18,979 nucleotides of DNA from an uncultured delta proteobacterium (GCA_963803975.1 CAWDOY010000011.1:1-18979), one strand, 5' to 3'. Numbered from the stretch's first letter, positions 7,599-16,294 are shown. Notes: a model not told the origin generated them from the letters alone. Numbers and translations are program-made.

Positions 7599-9618
7599 TT
7601 GATTACGAAAAAAGTTATGCTTCAGGAGAACTTATTCCTCAAACGAGAGTATTATTCTGACTCGATTTCCAATTTCCTAAAATCCACAAAAGAGGAAATT
7701 CTGGGAAAGCTGGCATTGAGAAATGACTTTTCTTTAGAGCAGACTCAACGTAGCGCATGGATTGAAGAAATAAACATCCTCCATAAAGTTTTGCGGACCA
7801 TATAATGGGTCAATCTATTTTGAATATTCGATCCCGCGCATGGGACAGCGGATAGACGTAGTATTATTAATTGGACCAGTAATTTTTGTCCTTGAATTTA
7901 AGGTCGGAGAAAAGGAGTTTACTGCTTATGCCACTGATCAGGTCTTCGACTACGCTTTAGATTTAAAGAACTTCCATGAATCAAGCCATGAACATTTTAT
8001 CGCTCCTATCCTCATCGCAACAGATGTAAAAAACGCAAATCCTATAGTTGCCTTAACACCGCAAAACGATAAGCTTTTCATTCCGGTTAAAACTAATGCC
8101 GCGATGCTCGGCGAAGCTATCAAGGAAGCATTAATTTTTACAGAAGGTCTAGACATTGATCATTCGCAATGGGAACGCGGTCGTTATTGCCCAACCCCAA
8201 CAATTATTGAAGCGGCGATGGCTCTTTATAACGGTCATTCGGTCGATGAAATTTCAAGAAGTGATGCAAGTGCAATTAACCTAAGTCAAACATCTGAAGC
8301 TGTTGCCGAAATCATTCGTGTATCAAAAGAAAAATCACATAAATCTATTTGTTTTGTAACCGGTGTGCCGGGTGCGGGAAAGACATTGGTGGGGCTTAAC
8401 ATCGCCACTACGCACATTGATAAATCAAACGACCTTTATAGTGTTTTTCTTTCCGGCAATGGTCCACTTGTAGCAATTCTACGCGAAGCTTTAGCTAGAG
8501 ATAAAGTCCAGCGGGAGAAAACAGAACGGACAAAAGATCAAAAAAAGTGATGCATGGGTGAAGTTAAAGATGTTCATCCAAAATGTCCATCATTTTCGCG
8601 ATGATTGCCTTGTTGATTTAAAATCACCTCCTATAGAGCATGTCGCGCTGTTTGACGAGGCTCAGCGCGCATGGAATCAAGACCAAACTTGTTCTTTTAT
8701 GAGGAGGAAAAAAAATACGCCAAACTTTAATCAATCCGAACCAGAATTTCTCATTTCATGCCTTGATCGCCACCCTGACTGGGCAGTTATTGTATGCCTT
8801 GTGGGAGGGGGGCAAGAGATAAATACAGGGGAAGCCGGAATAAGCGAATGGATAGACTCTTTAAACCGCTCTTTCCCGGACTGGCACGTGCATATTTCGC
8901 CGCGTCTTTCCGATTCCGAGTATGTTGCAGGTGGGGCAATACATAGTTTATCCTCTCGGAAAAATGTTTTCGAAAATGAAAGCCTGCATCTTGCTGTTTC
9001 AATGCGCTCTTTCCGTGCTGAAAATGTTTCTTTACTTGTAAAGCAATTACTCGATTGCAACCAATTAGAAGCCACAAAAACACTGGCTCAGATTAATTCA
9101 AAGTATCCGATTGTCTTAACCCGTGACCTTGGAAAAGCAAAAGCAGTGGCTTAAAGAGCAAGCACGTGGTTCTGAGACGGTATGGTATCGTTGTTTCCTC
9201 TCAGGCTCAACGTCTCAAACCTTTAGCAATTGATGTTCGTGTATCAACAGATCCAATCCACTGGTTCTTAGATGGAAAGGAAGATGTGCGGTCTTCATAT
9301 TATCTCGAAGATGTTGCAACAGAGTTTGACATTCAGGGATTAGAACTCGATTGGGCTTGTGTTACTTGGGATGGTGATTTTCGCTATACGCCATCAGGAT
9401 GGAAACATTTTTCATTTGTAGGCAGCAAGTGGAATAAAATCAAGAAAGAGGAACGCAAAGTTTACCTTAAAAATGCTTATCGTGTGCTCTTGACGCGGGC
9501 ACGGCAAGGAATGGTGATCGTCGTTCCTTCTGGCGATCCGGCTGATCTAACACGCAAGCCTGAATTTTATGATTCAACTTTTGAGTACTTAAAATCAATC
9601 GGCTTCGCAGTTATATAA
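7599..9618 (+). CDS. DUF2075 family protein (N-terminal PD-(D/E)XK-like region plus SF1/Schlafen-type helicase), split by several indels
   Basis: Four consecutive ORF pieces join into one protein: [15 protein letters not shown]...LEFKVG, Walker A GVPGAGKT, Walker [16 protein letters not shown] and [11 protein letters not shown]. Frame breaks occur near 7797, 8520-8570 and 9143-9178. It may be intact in vivo or a pseudogene. Confidence 0.85.
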
Positions 9619-9704
9619 GAAATAGATCTACTCAGAACAGCCGTACTCATTTTAAATAAACTTGAAGCAAGGTTACAAGCTATTCAATCGACAATCAATC
9701 CACC

Positions 9705-10544
9705 ATGATTTCATTCCACCACCAGAACTCAATCCAGCTGAAATGTGAAATTGACCTGCAGAAATTGTTACTGACGGATAAGGAACGGAGAAGGTTTGAC
9801 TCAAACTGGCCTGAGTTTTTTGCTTCTGATCCCTGCAACAAAAAAATATATGATCGCAAAGGCGACAAACTCATCTATACGACAGAACAGCTGATTCCGG
9901 CAAAAAAAGACAAGCGGCGCCCGCCGTTATTACTTGTTCTTGGCAATCCAGCCTCTATTTCCATCGTTAACGGCATGTTCTTCGCCTTTGATGCAAAAGG
10001 CAAGGAACACCGCTTCTGGAAAGATATATTGAAGTCGGCAGGTATTCTTGAGCTTCAAACTGATTATACGCTATCCGCACGAAAACTTAACGAGCGGCGG
10101 CGAGATCAGTTACTGCATTTAGATTATAAGTCTCCATTCCGAATCGGGTTGTGTGTGTTCATCTCCAAGCCCAGTACTGCAAGTGAGCCTCCGTGGGCCG
10201 GTGTCGATGGCATACAGAAACTGATTGGTACGAAAGCACTGAGGCGCTTGGAGGTTGAGGAAAGAAAAAGGATTCTGGATTGTGCAAGAGAGTTTATGGA
10301 ATCACGTGGTTCAGCGGCAACATTTCAAAAAAATGCCTGGAATGGTCTCAAGTCTGACAAATACTCGGCATATAGTTTGGATTCAGCAAAAACAAATAAA
10401 TTGAAAGGTGCGTTGAGAGATTTGCCGCATATTCCACTTTACGGAGTTCCGCCGACACGTTTAGCCGGTTCAGCAAAAAAAGTTCTGGAGAAGTTTTTTA
10501 ATAAGGGGAAAAAGACAGGGGAATGCCGCAGGTTCGGGGCGTGA
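9705..10544 (+). CDS. Hypothetical protein with weak uracil-DNA glycosylase (MUG-like) motifs
   Basis: 279-aa ORF. LLLVLGNPASISIVNGMFFA...HRFWKDIL resembles MUG motif A (vlfvGiNPg..S...G..fa...NRFW), and PLYGVPPT resembles motif B. The ORF itself is likely; the family call is by eye only. Confidence 0.55.
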   Translation: MISFHHQNSIQLKCEIDLQKLLLTDKERRRFDSNWPEFFASDPCNKKIYDRKGDKLIYTTEQLIPAKKDKRRPPLLLVLGNPASISIVNGMFFAFDAKGKEHRFWKDILKSAGILELQTDYTLSARKLNERRRDQLLHLDYKSPFRIGLCVFISKPSTASEPPWAGVDGIQKLIGTKALRRLEVEERKRILDCAREFMESRGSAATFQKNAWNGLKSDKYSAYSLDSAKTNKLKGALRDLPHIPLYGVPPTRLAGSAKKVLEKFFNKGKKTGECRRFGA

Positions 10545-10604
10545 ATTGCCCGGAAGATAAGTGAGGGGCAAACAGGATTAAACCTGCTCGAAAGGAGGCA
10601 GAAG

Positions 10605-11341
10605 ATGCAGCATGGACAGCAGACCGTGTGGAAGTACAGCTACTGGCTTGATGACGGGCACCTGGCGCAGCTCAAACAACAGATGCAGGAGCGGGGAGTG
10701 GAGATGGTCTGTTCCCAGTACAGCCCGTGCGAGGTGCTGAAAGGCGAGATTGGGTACGCAGAGCCGCATGTGTGGCCGGTGTTGTGTTCCCCTGACGCAA
10801 CACCGTGGTACCGTGAGTCCCGGTTCAGCGGGCGAAACCTGGTTGTCTCATCATTTGCCCTCGACGACGGGTTTTCCGGGTTTCTTGAAACAACCATAAC
10901 CCCGGTCGCGTTTGAGCCTCCCCGCATGCCTGACCAGCACGGCAGGGAGGAGCTATCCGAGGACCGGACATATCTTGGCCGCGAGCCGGCGGCCTGGAGT
11001 GATTTCCCCGCAGAGTGGGCGGAGGAGATGGTCAAGGGCTTTGCCCGCATGACCGGCAATTCCGCAATTACCTTTCAGGACATCCTGATACGGTGGACGG
11101 CGGTGCACGCCAATTTCATAAAACCGAGCTTCCGGGCTGATAAAACATTCTTCAGCGCGCCCTACTCCACAGACGAGACCCGGTTTATCAGCACGTGCTG
11201 TGTGGAGCTTTTCAACCTTCTTGACTCAAGCGAGCAGGCGCTGCTGGTCAGGCGCGTGCATCGGAGCCGTGATGGCAGATGTCGCCCTCCAGGACCAGTA
11301 CGTATCTTGTCGTGCTGCACAAAAACATGAGCAGGATGTAA
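10605..11341 (+). CDS. Hypothetical protein, C-terminus probably frameshifted
   Basis: Strong SD AAAGGAGG before ATG 10605 and a 241-aa ORF. An alternative frame from about 11253 reads CIGAVMADVALQDQY, suggesting indels near the 3' end. The end coordinate is uncertain and the family is not recognised. Confidence 0.6.
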
Positions 11342-11527
11342 CAGAAAAACCCCCGTGCAGTTGCCGGGGCGGAAAGGAATCAGCGGCCGTTAAAATTTAT
11401 GCACCGCAGACGGATGTTTTTTTGGTTTCGGTTGAAACCTCTGGAATAAATCTTTTAAAAGTGCTCTTATAATTCCGGCAAGATGAAGTAACGCAAGGTA
11501 ATAAAAAATCTTTCCGGTTGGTTCAAT

Positions 11528-12359
11528 ATGGATATACCAAAACGAAAGCTCGGTAAAACCGGCGTTGAGGTAACGATTCTTGGCCTTGGCGGAGAAGGGG
11601 TCTTGAGGACCGACGGCTATGAAAAAGAGGCCTATGCGCTGATAAATAAGGCGATTGATCTGGGGATAAACTATTTTGAGTCTGCCCGCGCGTATTCCGG
11701 CAGCGAGGGATATTACGGGCTGGCCCTTAAAGAGCGACGGCGGAGATATTTCTGAACAGCAAGTCTCACGCCCGGGACAAGAAGGGCGCGCTGCAGCATC
11801 TGCACGAAACCCTGAAAAACATGAAAACCGATTATCTTGATCTCTGGCAGGTGCATGATGTGCGGACCGAGGAAGATATAGAAGAGATATTCGGTAGGAA
11901 CGGGGCGCTCGAGGCCTTCGTGGAAGCACGGGAAAAAGGCCTGGTGCGTTTTATCGGCGTAACCGGCCACCATGACCCGCAGATACTGAAACAATGCCTG
12001 GAGCTGTTTTCTTTTGACACGGTGCTGCTGCCAATAAATCCTGCCGAGCCCTGCTATGAGAGTTTCATTGATACCGTACTGCCCCTGGCCAACAAGAAGA
12101 AAATGGGTGTTATAGCCATGAAGGTCTATTTCCGCGGGTATGCCGCGAAGCTTCCGCAGTTTCAAGCCTGGAGCCGTTTTATCGCTTTGCCCTCTCCCAT
12201 AAAATATCAACTGCTGTAATCGGCTGTGACACGGTCAGGCAGCTTGAGGAAAATGTGCAATTTGCCGCTTCGTTCAAGCCGATGAGCAAAAAAGAGATGG
12301 ATGAGGTTGAGCAGCTCATTGCGCCGTATGCACGGAGACTGATGTATTATAAGCCGTGA
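11528..12359 (+). CDS. Aldo/keto reductase, split by two indels
   Basis: KRKLGKTGVEVTILGLGG, GINYFESARAY, FL.SK, DYLDLWQVHD, GLVRFIGVTGH and GVIAMK. A third frame continues FALSHKISTAVIGCDTVRQLEENV...MYYKP* (TGA 12357-12359). Breaks occur near 11741 and 12163. Confidence 0.9.
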
Positions 12360-12366
12360 GAAAGTA

Positions 12367-12522
12367 GGGGCTCGGGATTCGGGGTTAGGGATTCGTAAGA
12401 TAAAAGTGAAACGTGGAAGGTGAAACGTGAAAAGAGGCCGGTGAATAGGTGAATGGGTTAAAAGGTGAAGAGGCAACCCACCTTCGCGCAAGGCTACGGT
12501 GGGCAGGCAGGCAAAAGGCACA
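12367..12522 (+). repeat. Stack of G-rich short-unit arrays and a REP-like hairpin
   Basis: GGGCTCG-GGATTCG-GGGTTAG-GGATTCG (12368-12395); GTGAAAC-GTGGAAG-GTGAAAC-GTGAAAA (12406-12433); 8-mers GTGAATAG-GTGAATGG-GTTAAAAG-GTGAAGAG (12441-12472); hairpin CCCACC..GGTGGG (12477-12503); AGGCAAA-AGGCACA (12509-12522). Confidence 0.9.
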
Positions 12523-12638
12523 AAGAAAAACGCTGAAGCCGGTTCAACTCAAAAATTGTTTGGCCTGAGCTTTCGGCAGCGAGGAAATTACGGGCTGGCT
12601 CCAAAGGATGCGCCTCAGGGTTAGGGGCTCGAATATCC

Positions 12639-12788
12639 TTATCCGGGGAGTCTTCTCAGTAAACGCGTATAGAAATTTTCACGCAGCCCTGCCATTAAGA
12701 ACAGCACCACAACAGTCTCCTCTATAATATCATACACCCTTCGGTATTCGACTCTGTTCGCAGTAAAATGATAGCTTTTCAATCCGAA
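12639..12788 (-). pseudogene. C-terminal remnant of a RelE/ParE-family toxin
   Basis: The minus strand reads FGLKSYHFTANRVEYRRVYDIIEETVVVLFLMAGLRENFYTRLLRRLPG* (YR.VY and G.RENFY motifs). An in-frame stop lies shortly upstream and no intact N-terminus is present. Confidence 0.7.
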
Positions 12789-12889
12789 GGTTGAAGAATT
12801 GGATATGTTTATCGGATACGCTTATCTCAATTTGATAATCTTATCTACCTGGATGAATGCGGGTGTTAAAGCTAGTGATCAATGGATAA

Positions 12890-12997
12890 ATAGTGTCCTG
12901 CCCTGTGCAAGTGACAAGGTTTTTAAGCTCATCTCTATTCATGTTGGTTAAGGTCTCGGGCAACCTGTTCTATTGTTAACGCTACTTTTACACCCAT
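12890..12997 (-). pseudogene. N-terminal remnant of a small antitoxin-like gene
   Basis: Perfect SD AGGAGG (13006-13011) before ATG 12997. It reads MGVKVALTIEQVA and, after a 1-base shift, ETLTNMNRDELK. It lies upstream of the RelE remnant; the 3' boundary is approximate. Confidence 0.45.
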
Positions 12998-13017
12998 GGT
13001 TATTACCTCCTGAAAAA

Positions 13018-13047
13018 AGTATAAAGGAAAAGGGCCGGTACTGTCAA
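13018..13047 (-). promoter_or_regulatory. Putative sigma70 promoter of the decayed TA pair
   Basis: Minus strand TTGACA (13047-13042), 18 bp, TATACT (13023-13018). Confidence 0.6.
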
Positions 13048-13186
13048 TAGTCTATCGTCATAACGGGAAAAGGGGGCAGCTCATACCAGGGTTCCTCTCT
13101 CATCCTTGCCTAACATTACCTTGAAAAGCAACGAATGATAGGCAGCACGCCTGCTGATCGGCAGTCAGACGAGAGGCATTGGGTAA

Positions 13187-13216
13187 CCCGGCCTTCGCAA
13201 AAGGCCGCGCCGGGCA
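13187..13216. repeat. Degenerate REP-like hairpin related to 12477-12505
   Basis: CCCGGCCTTCGCAAAAGGCCGCGCCGGGCA versus CCCACCTTCGCGCAAGGCTACGGTGGGCA. Confidence 0.5.
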
Positions 13217-13402
13217 TCATAATGCTGCTTCTCATTTGCCGCAAATGATTGTATACTTGATACAGGGTAATAAATTGACAGGCCACAGCGGGGAGGCGAA
13301 AAACAGCCCGTAGCGGTCAGTTTCCTCCCCTTCTTAATCTTTCCTCCGCGTCCTCTGTGGTCAGGTTTTTACAAACCATCTGCAGCACAGGGAGAATCAA
13401 CT

Positions 13403-14299
13403 ATGAAAACAGCCGTCTCCAGGAAATTTCCGGTTACCATTGCGTTGCTTATGATCTGCCTCAGCGCCGGGCTGCTGGTACAGTGCACAAAACCTCAGCC
13501 CCCCGCGCAGGGGAAAGACCAGCTGGTAGCTGCGCTTGACGCGGCCTTTATCCAAATACTTTCCAATGGCACGTGGCGGGAGATCACAAAACCGCTCGGC
13601 CCGCTGGTAGTCAATATAGCCGACTGTTACCCGACCCCTGAAGAAGCGCCCTTCCCCGCGAACCCGACCGGCGCGCTTGCCGATATACTGAACAACAAAA
13701 AGATAAGGGTCGGCAGCTATCCGGATAAATACACCGGGTCCTTCAACGCCTATACCGAAGTGAACGTCCAGCTCCTGCGGGCAATTCTTGACGAGCTGGG
13801 CACCGCCTATAAGCTCTCCGGCCCGATAGAGATAGAGCCCGTCTATATCGACCCGCCCAGCAGCAGCATTCTCTTTACGAAACTGAACGAGGGTGCCTTT
13901 GACATCTCGGACATGAACAGCGCCCTGGGCGGGGTTTCCAACAGCCTGCGCCGGCGCAGCATGGCGCGCTATACCTGCACGATATTCGGCAGCGGCTGGT
14001 TCCTGCAGGTAAAGGAAAACTCCCCCTACAAAACCCTTGATGATTTCCGGGCTGACACAAAAGCAAAGCTCTGCTCCGGGATGCTTTCAAGCCAGCTCGG
14101 GAAGGACTATTTTGTGAACCAGCAGATCACCGCGCAATATGAGAACGATCTCGAGCTGTGCGGGCAGGGCGTTGTGGACGGCACCTATGACGCGTACCTG
14201 CACTTTGACCCGGCGCCGGTAAAAAGCGGGCTGCGCTCAATTGATACGGGGATCGTGTCGGGTGTTCCGCTCTGGGTTGCCGGCGGTGAGGATGAATAA
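13403..14299 (+). CDS. Family-3-like (amino acid type) solute-binding lipoprotein, apparently circularly permuted
   Basis: Hydrophobic leader with lipobox-like LLVQC; GALADILNNKKIRVG, LNEGAFDI, VKENSPYKTLDDF and VVDGTYDAYL are SBP_bac_3-like segments; SD GGGAG. Confidence 0.7.
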   Translation: MKTAVSRKFPVTIALLMICLSAGLLVQCTKPQPPAQGKDQLVAALDAAFIQILSNGTWREITKPLGPLVVNIADCYPTPEEAPFPANPTGALADILNNKKIRVGSYPDKYTGSFNAYTEVNVQLLRAILDELGTAYKLSGPIEIEPVYIDPPSSSILFTKLNEGAFDISDMNSALGGVSNSLRRRSMARYTCTIFGSGWFLQVKENSPYKTLDDFRADTKAKLCSGMLSSQLGKDYFVNQQITAQYENDLELCGQGVVDGTYDAYLHFDPAPVKSGLRSIDTGIVSGVPLWVAGGEDE

Positions 14300-14303
14300 A
14301 ACA

Positions 14304-14345
14304 GGGGCTCGGAATTCGGGGCTCGTGGCAAGTGAAAAATGGAAG
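14304..14345 (+). repeat. G-rich heptamer arrays, same families and order as 12368-12433
   Basis: GGGCTCG-GAATTCG-GGGCTCG (14305-14325), then GTGAAAA-ATGGAAG (14332-14345), starting 5 bp after the stop codon. Confidence 0.75.
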
Positions 14346-14393
14346 CAATGGTAGAAAAAGGGATCAGCGGGCACAGAGTAACTGCTAATCCCT

Positions 14394-14753
14394 TTAATTG
14401 TTTTTCTGCTGAAACGATACCTGGTTGTTTACAGCTGATGTCCCCCTGGCTTCAGGAAGGTTTTCTTTTTTTATGAGCCGGTAGGTCTCCTCATAGATGG
14501 TTTTTCGCGGGCCTATTGCCACAAGTTCAATACTATGCGCTGGCGCGACATGATAAATGATTCTGAAGCGCCCCACCCGAAAACTCTTTAATCCCTGGAG
14601 CCCATCCCGGAGTGATTTCCCGATCCCGGGGTCCGCGACAATTAACTTGAGGGCGGATTTCACCTTCCTTTTTATCTGCGGATGCAGACGTTTCAGGAAC
14701 AGAGATGTTTCATCCGTTGCCCGTATCCTGTACTGGGTATGCCCGGCGGCCAT
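14394..14753 (-). CDS. Type II toxin, RelE/ParE family
   Basis: DPGIGKSLRDGLQGLKSFRVGRFRIIY...IGPRKTIY; starts 3 bp after the antitoxin stop. Confidence 0.9.
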   Translation of the reverse strand: MAAGHTQYRIRATDETSLFLKRLHPQIKRKVKSALKLIVADPGIGKSLRDGLQGLKSFRVGRFRIIYHVAPAHSIELVAIGPRKTIYEETYRLIKKENLPEARGTSAVNNQVSFQQKNN

Positions 14754-14756
14754 ATG

Positions 14757-15014
14757 CTACTCAAACAGCTCTTCAAGGGTGTAGAGTTTCGATTTCTTTT
14801 TAAGCGCGGCAAGGCCTTTTTTAATTTCGCCCGTTAAATCCTTATCCGCCCTGATCGCCGCTGTTTCCTGCAGACTTTCGAACTCTTCCGGGCTCACCAG
14901 AACTGCCGCAGGCCGTCCGTTTTTGGTAATAACAACTTCCTCGTCGGTTGAGGATACGGTCTCAACCAGCTTGCTCAGCTTCATTTTTGCTTCAGAGAGG
15001 GATAGTGTCTTCAT
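14757..15014 (-). CDS. Type II antitoxin, Phd/YefM family
   Basis: MKTLSLSEAKMKLSKLVETV...VVITKNGRPAAVLVSPEEFESLQET is a classic Phd/YefM sequence. Confidence 0.95.
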   Translation of the reverse strand: MKTLSLSEAKMKLSKLVETVSSTDEEVVITKNGRPAAVLVSPEEFESLQETAAIRADKDLTGEIKKGLAALKKKSKLYTLEELFE

Positions 15015-15035
15015 CTAAATAGACCTCTATTACGG

Positions 15036-15083
15036 TTGACCTTTATTCTGGTCAATTTTAGTCCATGCCGTGAGGAATGTCAA
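15036..15083 (-). promoter_or_regulatory. TA operon promoter with overlapping operator palindrome
   Basis: Minus strand TTGACA (15083-15078), 17 bp, TAAAAT (15060-15055). The inverted repeat TTGACC-N8-GGTCAA (15036-15055) lies over the predicted start site. Confidence 0.7.
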
Positions 15084-15130
15084 GCCCCGGCAGCGCGGTT
15101 GTATTCCCCTGAGCAAGATGCGGTTATCTA

Positions 15131-15159
15131 TTGACACCCAGTTGAACTTCCTTTATATT
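15131..15159 (+). promoter_or_regulatory. Putative sigma70 promoter for E1 alpha/beta
   Basis: TTGACA (15131-15136), 17 bp, TATATT (15154-15159), followed by the hairpin TTCCCCCTG-N9-CAGGGGGAA (15183-15209). Confidence 0.6.
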
Positions 15160-15311
15160 TACAAACTTGCGCTCTATTTTCCTTCCCCCTGAATAATCTG
15201 CAGGGGGAAATCCGGTAGTCAAACGTATTTATATTATATATATACTGCATGACTGCGCAGGGAAACGCGGCACACGCGCAGCCCGCACTTTTCATTCGCA
15301 GAGAGGAAGAC

Positions 15312-16280
15312 GTGGAAATCGACAGAGAGAAAAAACTGTCGCTGTTAAAGAGGATGCTGCTGATCCGGGCTTTTGAAGAAAAGGCTGAGGAGCTTTTTCA
15401 GCAGAAGCTCATCCCCGGGTTTGTCCATCTGTCCATCGGCCAGGAGGCTTCCACCACCGGCAGCTGCATGGCTCTGCGGCCCGATGATTATATTATCTCA
15501 ACCCACCGCGGCCACGCGCACATTCTGGCCAAGGGCGCTGATCCCCGGTTCATGTTTGCCGAGCTGTTCGGCAAGGCAACCGGTTACTGCAAGGGCAAAG
15601 GCGGCTCCATGCACATCGCTGATTTTTCCCGGGGCATTCTCGGCGCCAACGGCGTCGTGGGGGGCGGATTTCCTATCATGGTGGGCGCCGGCCTTTCCAT
15701 CAAACTGCGCAAGACCGACCAGGTGGGGATGGTTTTTTTCGGCGACGGCGCGTCCAACCGGGGCACGTTTCATGAAGCCTGCAACATGGCGGCTGTTTTT
15801 AAGCTCCCCATCATCTTTGTCTGCGAGAACAACGGCTATGCCTCCACCTCGCCGGCTGAAAAAATGGTTGCCGGCGGATCTGTGGCCGGCCGGGCCAAGG
15901 CCTACGGCATCCCCGGTTATATCACGGACGGCAGCAATGTGCTGGAAGTGCTGGAAGTGGTGCATGAGGCGGTGGAGTGGGCCCGCAGCGGACACGGCCC
16001 GGCCATTGTGGAAAATGAGACCTATCGCTACAAGGGCCACTTTGAAGGCGACCGGCAGAAGTACCGCAGCATGGATGAAATCCACATGTACCGGAAAAAC
16101 CGCGATCCCATTGATAAGTTTGAGCGGCTCCTCCTTGAAGAAGGGTGTCTGACTATAGAGGCGGTGGCGGAGATCAGCGCTGAAACAGCCGCGTGTATAG
16201 AAGCAGCAGTACAGTTCGGGCTTGATTCACCATTGCCTGAGCCTGAAGATGCTTTGAAAGATTTGTACGTCAATCCGTGA
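15312..16280 (+). CDS. TPP-dependent dehydrogenase E1 alpha subunit (acetoin/pyruvate dehydrogenase type, AcoA-like)
   Basis: GFVHLSIGQEA, STHRGHAH, GKGGSMH, TPP motif GDGASN...ENN and YKGHFEGD. The start is placed at GTG 15312 after SD GAGAGGA (the ORF track begins at 15249). Confidence 0.95.
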   Translation: MEIDREKKLSLLKRMLLIRAFEEKAEELFQQKLIPGFVHLSIGQEASTTGSCMALRPDDYIISTHRGHAHILAKGADPRFMFAELFGKATGYCKGKGGSMHIADFSRGILGANGVVGGGFPIMVGAGLSIKLRKTDQVGMVFFGDGASNRGTFHEACNMAAVFKLPIIFVCENNGYASTSPAEKMVAGGSVAGRAKAYGIPGYITDGSNVLEVLEVVHEAVEWARSGHGPAIVENETYRYKGHFEGDRQKYRSMDEIHMYRKNRDPIDKFERLLLEEGCLTIEAVAEISAETAACIEAAVQFGLDSPLPEPEDALKDLYVNP

Positions 16281-16294
16281 AGGAGAGGGTAACC

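Noticed and set aside
7599..9618. Four separate genes, or programmed frameshifting, in the DUF2075 region
   Set aside because: The pieces are collinear parts of one protein, and similar indels hit housekeeping genes such as thiE, so sequence error is more parsimonious.
12207..12521. 104-aa minus-strand ORF
   Set aside because: It is low-complexity translation of the repeat stack (FTFHLPRFTF, IPNPESRAP) and overlaps the AKR 3' end antisense.
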